59,636 nt of DNA from positions 1-59,636 of the forward strand of contig JAKAKT010000100.1 in the NCBI GenBank assembly GCA_021813385.1, given 5' to 3'. Positions within the stretch are counted from its first letter, which is position 1, and each line of letters opens with the position of its first letter. The notes beneath the pieces were generated by a model. The model was not told where the DNA came from and made no database searches. It was given only the letters and a program-made list of their open reading frames with translations. The DNA is from Candidatus Micrarchaeota archaeon. Its GTDB lineage: Archaea > Micrarchaeota > Micrarchaeia > Burarchaeales > JAKAKT01. Positions 18,996 to 27,962 of the stretch are shown here, one piece after another. The position numbers were made by a program, and so were the translations under genes.

Positions 18996-19415
18996 ATGGC
19001 TAAGCTCTTGAAGCTCGGGGATTTGCTCAAGAACCTACGCCCAGAATTGGACGAAGGCAAGTATTACTTTGCATCAGTTCCAGAATCCCAGCTCTTCGGC
19101 CTAGTCAACTACCTTTCATATGTCACGAGCATCCACCGCGAAGAGGAAGGCCTTTCAATCGTGTTTTCCGAAGAGATATTGGAAGAGATGAAAAGCTATG
19201 GTGAGGGGGAGCCAGCCGGGCCGTTTGCCCTCATAACCCTCAAAGTCGAATCGGACTTGATGGCAGTGGGACTCCTCGCGAAAATAACCGGGGAGCTTGC
19301 GAGGGAAGGCATAAGCGCGAATACAGTCTCGGCCTATCACCACGATTATCTCCTGGTTCCTTTCGGGAAAAAAGAAGCAGCGATGAAAGTTCTCAAGAAA
19401 CTGCAGAACCCCTGA
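18996..19415 (+). CDS. ACT-domain protein (DUF2241/CASTOR-like)
   Basis: REEEGLS, ITLKVESDLMAVGLLA, GISANTVSAYHHDYLLVP. Confidence 0.85.
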   Translation: MAKLLKLGDLLKNLRPELDEGKYYFASVPESQLFGLVNYLSYVTSIHREEEGLSIVFSEEILEEMKSYGEGEPAGPFALITLKVESDLMAVGLLAKITGELAREGISANTVSAYHHDYLLVPFGKKEAAMKVLKKLQNP

Positions 19416-19419
19416 CTTA

Positions 19420-19860
19420 CTAGGCAGACAGCTCCTCGGGCTTGAACAGCCTCTCGCAGTAGGAGCACCGGATCCCCCTCTCCTCAACCTTGAACTCGCT
19501 CTCCATCCTCTCGTGGTTGGTTATGCAGTTCGGGTTCGGGCAGGCAGCCACTGCAACGAGCTTGCTCCTGAGTTTAACCTGTCTTTTCTCAATAACTTCA
19601 AAGTTCTTTATGATGTTGAGGCTCGCTTCAGGGGCAATGAGCGCAATCTTGTCAGCAGTCTTATCGTCGATGTGCTTATCAGCTATCTTTACAATGTCTT
19701 TCTTCCCCATTTTTTTGCTTGTCGTGTTCATGAGGAGTGCGACCCTCCCAAGGTAACCGGCTTGTATGTTGAGAATCTGCAGCACCCTAAGTCCTTTCCC
19801 TGCCGGTATGTGGTCAATCACGGTCCCGTCAGCAATTTTCTCAACTTTCAGCATGCTCAT
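19420..19860 (-). CDS. pyrI: Aspartate carbamoyltransferase regulatory subunit
   Basis: GTVIDHIPAG, KDIVKI, CPNPNCIT, CSYCE. Confidence 0.97.
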   Translation of the reverse strand: MSMLKVEKIADGTVIDHIPAGKGLRVLQILNIQAGYLGRVALLMNTTSKKMGKKDIVKIADKHIDDKTADKIALIAPEASLNIIKNFEVIEKRQVKLRSKLVAVAACPNPNCITNHERMESEFKVEERGIRCSYCERLFKPEELSA

Positions 19861-20768
19861 GCCCTCCCGAGAAGCTTCATTATAATCGCCATCCTCATCG
19901 GAACTCCCAGCTTCGCCTGTTCGAAATAAGTCGCATGCTTGCTGTTGTCTATTGCTGGGTCTATCTCATCAATCTTAGGCAACGGGTGCAGGATGACGAG
20001 GTCTTCCTTAACCCCCTTCAACTGCTCCTCGGTTATCTTGAACTCCTTCTGGAGCTTCTCCGCCTCATAGGGGTCGGCGAACCTCTCCTTCTGAATCCTG
20101 CAGACATAGGCAACATCCGCTCCTTTCAGGTCAAGTTCGTTCGTTTGCTTTATCTTCATCGAAAAAAGCGTTTTTGCCTCATCCACGACCCCCTTGTCCA
20201 TTTCGAGCCCTTTCGGGGAAACCAAAGTCACATCCGCCCCGAACATCCCAAGCCCATAGAGAAGAGAGCGCATCGTTCTCGCGTATTTCAGGTCGCCAAC
20301 AAGGTGAACGCATAAGCCATCGAGCTTTTTCTTGACCTTCCTTATCGTGTAAAGGTCTATGAGTGTCTGCGTCGGATGCTGGTTCCCCCCGTCCCCTCCA
20401 TTTGCAACTGGATGTTTAGCGACATTCGCAGCCAGCCTCGCAGAGCCCTCGAGCGAATGCCTTATCACGAGCAGGTCGGCATATCCGTCTACAATCTTAA
20501 TCGTATCCACGAACGTCTCGCCCTTTGCCATCGAAGTGAGCGCTACGGACTCAAAGTTTATCACGCTTGCCCCAAGCCTCTGTGCAGCAGCCTGGAAAGA
20601 GAGCCTTGTCCGAGTGCTCGGCTCGAAAAAAAGGGTCGCGATAATGCGGTTCTTCAGGGGCGACTTCTCCCCCCCGATTTCGCCTTCCATCTTCTCGGCG
20701 AGTGAAAACAGCCCCTCGATGTCCTTGCGTTCCAAATCCCGAATAGAAATAAGATCCTTGCCGTTCAT
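19857..20768 (-). CDS. pyrB: Aspartate carbamoyltransferase catalytic subunit
   Basis: FFEPSTRTRLSF, HPTQTLID, RIQKER, HPLP. Confidence 0.98.
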   Translation of the reverse strand: MNGKDLISIRDLERKDIEGLFSLAEKMEGEIGGEKSPLKNRIIATLFFEPSTRTRLSFQAAAQRLGASVINFESVALTSMAKGETFVDTIKIVDGYADLLVIRHSLEGSARLAANVAKHPVANGGDGGNQHPTQTLIDLYTIRKVKKKLDGLCVHLVGDLKYARTMRSLLYGLGMFGADVTLVSPKGLEMDKGVVDEAKTLFSMKIKQTNELDLKGADVAYVCRIQKERFADPYEAEKLQKEFKITEEQLKGVKEDLVILHPLPKIDEIDPAIDNSKHATYFEQAKLGVPMRMAIIMKLLGRA

Positions 20769-20824
20769 GGAACCCTCTCATCTTTAGAGTTAGTATTTAT
20801 ATAAACCTTTCCAAATTTGTGGAT

Positions 20825-21421
20825 ATGAGAGGAAAAATCATCTGCTTCGAGGGAATCGACGGTTCCGGGAAGGGGACGCAGGTCAAAAAAACAATCGACG
20901 CGATTCCCGGTGCCGTCCTGTTCACCTATCCAGACAAGAATTGGGCAGTCGGCCGGGTCATCGGCAGTTTTCTTGAGAAGAAAACGAGGCTTTCGCCACT
21001 CCACCAGTTCCTTCTCTATGCTTCAGACATCCAAAAGGACCAGGAGAAAATCAAACAGTTGCTCGAAGATGGGAGAACAGTTGTATTCGACCGCTACATT
21101 TTCTCGACCCTCGCTTACCAGGATGCTTCAGGATTTAGAATGAACAAAGGCCTTGGGATAGTTAAGGAACTTGAATTCCTCGCCCCGGACCTGACTATTC
21201 TTCTCGACATAGACCCGAAGACCTCGGTTGAGAGGAAGAAAAAGCAGAACAATTCGCTCGAGAGGTTCGAAAAAGAAAAGTTTCTCGGGAAAGTCAGGAA
21301 AAACTACCTGCTCCTGGCGAAGAAAAAATTCCTCTCGAAGAAGTGGTTTGTCCTGGATGGGGGGCGAAGCCAGGCAGAATTAGGCGAGGAGATACGTTTA
21401 TTAGTGTTAAACGAGCGATAA
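20825..21421 (+). CDS. tmk: Thymidylate kinase
   Basis: FEGIDGSGKGT, FDRYIFSTLAYQ, PDLTILLD. Confidence 0.94.
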   Translation: MRGKIICFEGIDGSGKGTQVKKTIDAIPGAVLFTYPDKNWAVGRVIGSFLEKKTRLSPLHQFLLYASDIQKDQEKIKQLLEDGRTVVFDRYIFSTLAYQDASGFRMNKGLGIVKELEFLAPDLTILLDIDPKTSVERKKKQNNSLERFEKEKFLGKVRKNYLLLAKKKFLSKKWFVLDGGRSQAELGEEIRLLVLNER

Positions 21422-21434
21422 GTCGCACGTCTGT

Positions 21435-21693
21435 GCTCCAGTAGTCTAGCTCGGTCAAGGATTCCGGCCTTTCGAAATCAGAAACCCCTACGGGTTTCCG
21501 ATACCTTCCCCCTTCGGGAGAAGAAAGCCGGTGACCCGGGTTCAAACATCCTTCCCTTTTCTTTCAGATTCGGGCTGGCGCCCGAATACGGGGAAAGTTG
21601 TTGGCAACTTTCCCTTCGGAAAAGAAAAGGTCTGGATCAACCCCAAAAGAAAAACGGTGAAAACCTAGGGGTTTGAAAATCCCGGCTGGAGCA
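21435..21693 (+). tRNA. tRNA-Glu(UUC) with two introns: 21475-21525 at 37/38 and 21547-21679 at 59/60
   Basis: Acceptor GCTCCAG/CTGGAGC; anticodon arm CCGGC-CTTTCG^A-GCCGG; T arm CCGGG-TTCAAA^T-CCCGG; BHB central helices CTTT/GAAG and TTCA/TGAA. Confidence 0.92.
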
Positions 21694-21707
21694 CTCTTTA
21701 TTTTTTC

Positions 21708-22571
21708 TCAGTTCTTCGCAGTTTTTATCAGGTAATCAATCATCTTTCCGGCGACATCGACTCCCATCGCCTGGAAGGAGTTCCGGAATTCGACTGCGTG
21801 GTTTATCTCATGAACGAGCAGCCCATGTTCGGATTCCATAAGGTCGACCCCGTAAATTCCTTCACCTACGATACCGGCAGCCTTAAGGCAGAGCTCCGAG
21901 AGCTCAGGGGTCACCTCGCACTTGCTGGCCAATCCTCCGCGGCTCGTGTTCGTTATCCAGCCGGACTTCTGCGTGGAGTTCCGGTACACTGCAGCGATTA
22001 CTTCTTCGCCCACAACGAGCGCGCGGATGTCTCTCCCGGGCTTGTTCACGTGCTCCTGCAGGTAGTAAATCTTCTGCAAGTGGTTGCCCATCTCCTCCCT
22101 TGACTCGAGTTCCGCGTCTAAGGCGTCGGCATCGTTTATCCTGTGCACCAATCTAGCCCAGGAGCCAACAACAGGCTTCATCACGAGCGGGAACCCCAGT
22201 TTCGAGGCTGCAGACCGAGCTGACTCAGGCACGAACGAAACATAAGTTTTTGGAGTCGGGATTCCCGCCTTGGCTAGTTCGAGAGAGCAGAGCATCTTGT
22301 CTCCGCAGATTCTCGCAGCATTGTAACTGTTCACAACTTTCGTCCCCGCGAGTTCGTAGTAATAACTCAGATAAAGGCCTCTCGAGTATGAGACCGAGCG
22401 CTGGACGAGAGCGTCGATTTCCCCTGCTCCTGGACCGTGCCCATTTCCGCTCAGCTCAAGAACAGCCTCGCCGTCTATCACCCTCTCTAGCTCCACCCCG
22501 CGCTCTTTCGCGGAATCCAGGAGCATCTTGTTCTCGGCAGAAACAAACGTGTAGCAGATTCCGATTTTCAT
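21708..22571 (-). CDS. lysX: LysX/ArgX RimK-family ATP-grasp ligase
   Basis: GDKM, KPVVGSW, YYLQEHVNKPGRDIR, WITNTSRG, HEINHAVEF; adjacent to lysW. Confidence 0.92.
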   Translation of the reverse strand: MKIGICYTFVSAENKMLLDSAKERGVELERVIDGEAVLELSGNGHGPGAGEIDALVQRSVSYSRGLYLSYYYELAGTKVVNSYNAARICGDKMLCSLELAKAGIPTPKTYVSFVPESARSAASKLGFPLVMKPVVGSWARLVHRINDADALDAELESREEMGNHLQKIYYLQEHVNKPGRDIRALVVGEEVIAAVYRNSTQKSGWITNTSRGGLASKCEVTPELSELCLKAAGIVGEGIYGVDLMESEHGLLVHEINHAVEFRNSFQAMGVDVAGKMIDYLIKTAKN

Positions 22572-22581
22572 GGCAACCAGC

Positions 22582-22752
22582 CTACTCGCCCCAGTCCTCC
22601 TCGACTACAGGCGCCACTGTGAGCTTTGGCGGATTAGCCGAATTAACTTCGAGCCTGGCCCCGCAGTCCTTGCAGCTCAAAATCCAGCCGATTTCCGTGT
22701 TTTCCTCCAATCCAACTTTTCCCGCGCATTCCGGGCATTCAGCTTCCGCCAT
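22582..22752 (-). CDS. lysW: LysW amino-group carrier protein (absent from ORF track, <60 aa)
   Basis: Hand translation MAEAECPECAG...SCKDCGARLEV...VEEDWGE*: Zn ribbon plus the EDWGE terminus. Alternative ATG at 22758. Confidence 0.93.
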   Translation of the reverse strand: MAEAECPECAGKVGLEENTEIGWILSCKDCGARLEVNSANPPKLTVAPVVEEDWGE

Positions 22753-22891
22753 CTCCATCAGTCCCCCTAACCAGAGTTAGAAATATTGTGTGCCGGGCCC
22801 TTTATATCAATATTGGTCAAAAATGGCCAATTTAGATAAAATTCAACCAAAAACAGAAAATTGATTTTCAACCCGCGCGTCTATCCCCTCG

Positions 22892-24247
22892 TCATATCTT
22901 CTCCCGCTTATCAACGAGCCTTTCCGATTCCTCAAGAAGGAACAGCGCCCCGTCGGCCAAATCAAGCGCTTCCTTTGGCTTTCCGGCCCAAACTGCTTCC
23001 TTCATTTCCGCAAGGCCTTTCCTCACATTCACGAGCACTGTTTCCTGTGATTTCGCAAAAAGATGAGCCAGCTCCAGAACCTTGGTCGCTATGTTCGATT
23101 TCTGTGGAACTGGCATAAGGCCATCGCGTTGCACATGCTCGAGATAATCTGACAGGTGTCCCCTTGCCAGCCTTATTTTTACTCCTTCGTTCCCTCCCCG
23201 TTCGATTGCTTGCTCAGCTTGGAGAAGCAGGTCCCGAACCAGCAGGAGCTCTCCCACCTTGCTGCCCTTGAACCACCCAGCGAGTTCCCCCACCCCGACA
23301 GGCCTCGGATGTTCGCCCTTCCTGTCGCTCTCGAGTTCATAGGAGAAATTGCTGTCAATTATCCTGAGCGCAAGCTCCAGCTTCTTCACCATCGTCTCCT
23401 TTATGTGCGCGGATTCCCGGAGCTGGCCCATTATCCCATGTCGCACGTCCCTCCCGACAAGCGCCTCCCTCACCCTCTCATTCCTCTCGTGCCTGCGCCT
23501 GATGATTTCCGATATGAGAAGCGCGCGCTCCTCGCTTTTCGTGAGAACGTGGGTCCTCACGTGCTCGAGCTTCTCTTTGAGGACATTTCTCGCAGCAACG
23601 AGCTTCGCGCACCCAATAGTTATCTCATCCCCATAGAAGGCGACAATAGCATCGCCTACGTAAATTTTCGTCTCGTCTGCCCAAGAATCGACTTTCGAAA
23701 CGATGTTCCTTCGCGCGAGCTTTTCTGAAATCTCCTCAAGTCTCCTAAGCTTTGCCCCGAGCTCTTGGTTGCCTACATGAACACTGTCCATCCTCAAGTT
23801 TATCGTGGTCAATTCATCGAGAAGAAGCTGGACCTTCACAGAAGAATTGGCCTTGTTTTTTGGAATATGCTCCCCAACAGCTCTCAAAGCGCTCGCGAGG
23901 TCATTGTAGGTAATCTCCCTGCCCACAATCGGCTCATAAAGCAAGCCAAGCATCCTCCTCCTCGTGGCGTTGGCGACTCCCCGGGCAAGCGTCCTTCTTG
24001 CATTCCTTGCCCTCACCCTGAGCCCGTCACTCTCATCGCCCATATCCCCCCAAATCTTGGAATCTAGGACGATGAACCTTATGCTCACTCCCGAGTCCTC
24101 AAGAATCCTGACCCCGAGCCGGCTCATCCTTTCAGAAAGAGTCTCGGGTTTGGCAGGGCCTTCAATAAGTGCGCTGCCTTTGAATCCTGCCCTTCTTGAT
24201 TCTCGGGAAGAAGCAGTTCTCTGGACTCCTGTTCCGACCCAGTTCAT
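22892..24247 (-). CDS. Hypothetical, predominantly alpha-helical protein
   Basis: 451-aa ORF, Arg/Glu/Leu-rich, no motif recognised. Confidence 0.65.
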   Translation of the reverse strand: MNWVGTGVQRTASSRESRRAGFKGSALIEGPAKPETLSERMSRLGVRILEDSGVSIRFIVLDSKIWGDMGDESDGLRVRARNARRTLARGVANATRRRMLGLLYEPIVGREITYNDLASALRAVGEHIPKNKANSSVKVQLLLDELTTINLRMDSVHVGNQELGAKLRRLEEISEKLARRNIVSKVDSWADETKIYVGDAIVAFYGDEITIGCAKLVAARNVLKEKLEHVRTHVLTKSEERALLISEIIRRRHERNERVREALVGRDVRHGIMGQLRESAHIKETMVKKLELALRIIDSNFSYELESDRKGEHPRPVGVGELAGWFKGSKVGELLLVRDLLLQAEQAIERGGNEGVKIRLARGHLSDYLEHVQRDGLMPVPQKSNIATKVLELAHLFAKSQETVLVNVRKGLAEMKEAVWAGKPKEALDLADGALFLLEESERLVDKREKI

Positions 24248-24336
24248 AAATCAATAGTTATGCCAGGGAAGGATAATAACCGTTACTCGAAACTGGGCGA
24301 TAGTGTTTTTTAACCACAGCTGCAAAGACCAGTCAT

Positions 24337-25020
24337 ATGTCCCACCCGGACCTCATCAAGTCGTATTTCGAGTCCCTCGACAACTATGACTACGTGGCAG
24401 AAAGAGTGGTCCCCTACAACAAGGAAATCCACGAAAAGATATTGAGCGAGGTTTCTATATGGGCGCCGAAGGACTTTGACCTAGTGGACCTCGGGATTGG
24501 GCCCGGCGAGGTTGATGAAAAAATACTCGAGAAATACCCGGGAGCCCACGTTACCGGTATCGACATATCCGAGAAGATGCTCGATTCGGCCAGGCTAAAG
24601 CTGCACAAGTTCAGCGAGAGGGCGAAGCTCGTCAAGGGGGACTTCGACTTCGCTGACCTCGGGCCAGAGCGCGATTTCATCATCTCCTCAATTGCAATCC
24701 ACAACTCGGCTGATGACGACAAGATGAAGCTTTTCGACAGGATTTACGACTCGCTTTCGGACAAGGGGCTGTTCATAAACGCCGACTTCATAGCCGGCGA
24801 GGACCCGCAGGACGATGAGCGGGACAGGCGCTGGTATTTCCACTTCCTCGAGCAGCATTTGAAGGGCACGGAACTCGAGACCTGGATAATGCACGCGTTC
24901 TACGAGGACAACCCGGCAAAGCTCTCGGACCAGTTCAAGTGGCTCGGGGAATCCGGGTTCAGGAAGGTCGAATGCACCTGGAAAAAGATGAATCTCGCGG
25001 TGTATGTCGCTTACAAATAA
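24337..25020 (+). CDS. Class I SAM-dependent methyltransferase
   Basis: VDLGIGPG, GIDISEKM, SSIAIHN, GLFINAD, WLGESGF. Confidence 0.9.
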   Translation: MSHPDLIKSYFESLDNYDYVAERVVPYNKEIHEKILSEVSIWAPKDFDLVDLGIGPGEVDEKILEKYPGAHVTGIDISEKMLDSARLKLHKFSERAKLVKGDFDFADLGPERDFIISSIAIHNSADDDKMKLFDRIYDSLSDKGLFINADFIAGEDPQDDERDRRWYFHFLEQHLKGTELETWIMHAFYEDNPAKLSDQFKWLGESGFRKVECTWKKMNLAVYVAYK

Positions 25021-25031
25021 GAGGTGGGAAG

Positions 25032-25211
25032 ATGGGAAAAACGATTCTGAAGGCAGGGCAGGCGTCGCAATTGCTCTCGCTCTTGGCAAAGCAAGTCGGT
25101 TCCGAGACCACTCTTTCCAAGGCAATAGTGGCGCTGAACGGCGACCCGAAGCGGGATGTTGCAGTGATTTTCACCGACAGCTTCGGGAATGCGGACATCA
25201 AGCCGGTTTAG
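25032..25211 (+). CDS. Small hypothetical protein (59 aa)
   Basis: GAGGTG RBS before ATG 25032, directly downstream of the methyltransferase. Confidence 0.45.
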   Translation: MGKTILKAGQASQLLSLLAKQVGSETTLSKAIVALNGDPKRDVAVIFTDSFGNADIKPV

Positions 25212-25292
25212 GCTTATAGCTTAATTTATTCAAATTACGAAGGTTTATATACTGGTTTCACCCTATCCTATACTCTAACATGTGGTGAATTA

Positions 25293-25997
25293 ATGGCTGT
25301 CCAACAACTTCCAAGGAGCACTATTGATGCGATAAAAGGGGGTCAGCCGTTCCCTGGTTCAGCGAAATACAAAGTCATTAAGGCACACTTTGATGACATT
25401 GGCTTCTCGATTGCCTCTAAGCTGGGAATCGCACAACGATACGAGAGATTCTTTCTGCAGTTCTACTGCGCCCACGACGAACTGATAACAGGAGGGGAAG
25501 CGCCCGCCCAAATCCCACGGGACTTGCAGCTTGAGCTGACGGCTGCACGGATGGAGTTGCCGGTTATCGTAGGAGCCAAGTTCGGGTCTGACTCGACAAC
25601 AATAATCGAACTGGCAACACGGCACGAGGATTCAATCGCTCAGGTAATCATGGAAAATATGAAATCGACTCTCGGGGAAACGACAGTCTCCGAGTCATCG
25701 GAATTGAGGAAATTCGTGATAACAATCGCCAACTCGTTTGCCTGCCTGTTCGACTCCGTGGAAGGGGATAGGGAAACTGTGAATTCCACGAAATTGGCCA
25801 CTACCCTCACCACAAGAGATATGATTGAGCATTTTTCATTCACCACAGTTATTTCTGGGATGTATGTCAAAACCCAGTTAGACGATCTTCAGGGGGTATG
25901 GAGGAAGCTCGAGGCTAAAGGCATTCGCACTTCCGCTGAGGGCCTCCTCGCCTACAAAAGCGCGTTAAACAGCAAGATTATCGAACTATTCGCTTAA
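25293..25997 (+). CDS. Hypothetical protein
   Basis: 234-aa ORF with upstream TTTATATA box and GGTGA RBS; no motif recognised. Confidence 0.65.
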   Translation: MAVQQLPRSTIDAIKGGQPFPGSAKYKVIKAHFDDIGFSIASKLGIAQRYERFFLQFYCAHDELITGGEAPAQIPRDLQLELTAARMELPVIVGAKFGSDSTTIIELATRHEDSIAQVIMENMKSTLGETTVSESSELRKFVITIANSFACLFDSVEGDRETVNSTKLATTLTTRDMIEHFSFTTVISGMYVKTQLDDLQGVWRKLEAKGIRTSAEGLLAYKSALNSKIIELFA

Positions 25998-26016
25998 GCT
26001 TGCCAGTTCGAGCGAA

Positions 26017-27345
26017 CTACAGGACGTCAAAATACCTGTCGAGCTCCCATTTTGTCACCTGCCTCTTGTAGTCCTTCCAGTCCTCGAGCTGCGCAGCTGT
26101 CAATTTCTCGAAAACATGCTTCCCGAGAGCCTCCTGGAGGACCTTGTCGCCCTGCAATTCAGTCACCGCATCCTTGAGCGAGTGCGGAAGCGTCGGGATT
26201 CCCCTCTTCTCCAGTTCCTCGTTGCTAAGGTGATAAACATTTTCCTCTATTGGCTCAGGGGGCTCGAGCTTGTTTTCAACCCCATCAAGCCCGGCTGAGA
26301 GCATCGCTGCGAACACCAGGTATGGGTTCGAGGAAGGGTCAGGCGCCCGGTATTCGCACCTTGTCGCGCTCTTCTTCCCCTCGGTGTATCTCGGGATTCT
26401 CAGGAGAGCCGAGCGGTTTATCCTCCCCCAGCAGATATATACCGGAGCCTCGTATCCAGGGATGAGCCGCTTGTAGGAATTTATCGTAGGGGCCGCAATC
26501 GCCGAGAGGGCCCTCGCGTGCTTCAGTTGGCCGGCGATGAAATGCCGTGCGAGAGGCGAGAGATTGTACCTGTCCTTCTCGTCGAAGAACGCGTTCTGCC
26601 CGTCCTTCCAAAGGCTCTGGTGCACGTGCATCCCCGACCCGTTCACCCCGAAAAGGGGCTTAGGCATGAACGAGGCATAGAGCCCGTATTTCCTGGCAGC
26701 AGTCTTGACAGCAGTCTTATAAGTCAGAACCCAGCCAGCGACAGTCAGCGCCCTTCCGTACTTGAAGTCTATCTCGTGCTGCCCTGGGGCGACCTCGTGA
26801 TGGCTCATCTCTATCGAAAGGCCCATCGACTCCAGATGCGTCACCACGTCCCTCCTCACTTCAGCTGCCAAGTCCAGGTTCCCCAAGTCGAAATAGCTGG
26901 CCTTGTCGTGCGTCTCCATCCCGCACCCATTCTCTCTCCTGAAGAGGAAGAACTCAAGTTCAGGCCCGACCATGTACTCGAGCCCCATTTTTTTCGCCCT
27001 CTCAAGCGTCTTTCTCAATACATTCCTTGGGTCGCCCTCGAAAGGCCTCTGCTTCTCGTCATAAACATCGCATATGAACCTGGCGACTGTCCCGCCTGTC
27101 CAGGGAAGGACGGCGTAAGACCCCAGGTCAGGCTTCAGGAACATGTCGCTTTCGTAAATGCGGACAAAACCCTCAATCGAGGAGCCGTCGAACCACAGCC
27201 CCTCCCCGGCAACCTCCTTCATCTTCTCAACAGTTATCTCGCAGGCTTTCACTGTTCCCATGATATCCACGAACTCGAGGTCAACGAACTTCACCCCGTC
27301 CTTTTTCATCCTCTCGAAAATATCAGCAGAACCTTCCTTAGCCAT
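26017..27345 (-). CDS. glnA: Glutamine synthetase type I
   Basis: FDGSSIEGF, GPELEFFLF, HHEVAPGQHEIDF, FMPKP, NGSGMHVHQSL, EYRAPD. Confidence 0.98.
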   Translation of the reverse strand: MAKEGSADIFERMKKDGVKFVDLEFVDIMGTVKACEITVEKMKEVAGEGLWFDGSSIEGFVRIYESDMFLKPDLGSYAVLPWTGGTVARFICDVYDEKQRPFEGDPRNVLRKTLERAKKMGLEYMVGPELEFFLFRRENGCGMETHDKASYFDLGNLDLAAEVRRDVVTHLESMGLSIEMSHHEVAPGQHEIDFKYGRALTVAGWVLTYKTAVKTAARKYGLYASFMPKPLFGVNGSGMHVHQSLWKDGQNAFFDEKDRYNLSPLARHFIAGQLKHARALSAIAAPTINSYKRLIPGYEAPVYICWGRINRSALLRIPRYTEGKKSATRCEYRAPDPSSNPYLVFAAMLSAGLDGVENKLEPPEPIEENVYHLSNEELEKRGIPTLPHSLKDAVTELQGDKVLQEALGKHVFEKLTAAQLEDWKDYKRQVTKWELDRYFDVL

Positions 27346-27408
27346 GCCACACACCTCCCATTCTTCAGGGTTTGTCCCAGGCAAGATATATACTTATTTA
27401 AATTTTTT

Positions 27409-27491
27409 TGAACAAATGTTCATTTTAATTTGAAAATTAAGATAAAAAACCAGAAATCTCTCAAAAAACTCAAAATTGGTGAACAAATGTT
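27409..27491. promoter_or_regulatory. Putative operator pair TGAACAAATGTT between divergent glnA and Lrp genes
   Basis: Palindrome TGAACA-AA-TGTTCA at 27409-27422; second copy at 27480-27491 overlaps the Lrp ATG. Confidence 0.55.
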
Positions 27492-27933
27492 GGATGACAC
27501 CGACAGGCGAATCATTTCCGAAGTCAAGCGCTCCTCAGCAGGCTCGTACAGGAAAATTGCGAAGAGGGTCGGAATCCATCCTGCGACATTGATTGAGCGG
27601 ATGAGGCGGCTCGAGAAGGACGGGGTGATTCTAGGCTACACTGCATTCCTCGACTACTCGAAAATCGGCTATGACTTCATGGCGTTCATCCAGGTCCGAA
27701 TCTCGAAGGGCAAGATGCTCGAGGTCCAGCAGAGCATAAGCAAATTGAAGGGAGTCGTCTCAGTCTATGACATCACCGGGGAATACGACTCGATAATCCG
27801 GGTCGCCTGCAAGAGCAGGAATGAGCTTTCGAGCCTTGTGAAAAAAATCCACTCGATGCAAGGAGTCGAGCACACGAACACGCAGATGATACTGAACGTG
27901 GTGAAGGACGGGCACGATTTCGTTCCGGAGTAA
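27487..27933 (+). CDS. Lrp/AsnC-family transcriptional regulator
   Basis: LDDTDRRII, RMRRLEKDGVILGY, YDITGEYD. Confidence 0.93.
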   Translation: MLDDTDRRIISEVKRSSAGSYRKIAKRVGIHPATLIERMRRLEKDGVILGYTAFLDYSKIGYDFMAFIQVRISKGKMLEVQQSISKLKGVVSVYDITGEYDSIIRVACKSRNELSSLVKKIHSMQGVEHTNTQMILNVVKDGHDFVPE

Positions 27934-27962
27934 TTTTATTCTTTAGACGCGAAGGGATAATC

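Noticed and set aside
26518-27411. Long antisense ORFs (297 aa here; also 53130-53951, 39893-40600, 5907-6476)
   Set aside because: Shadows of well-supported genes on the opposite strand, with no motifs.
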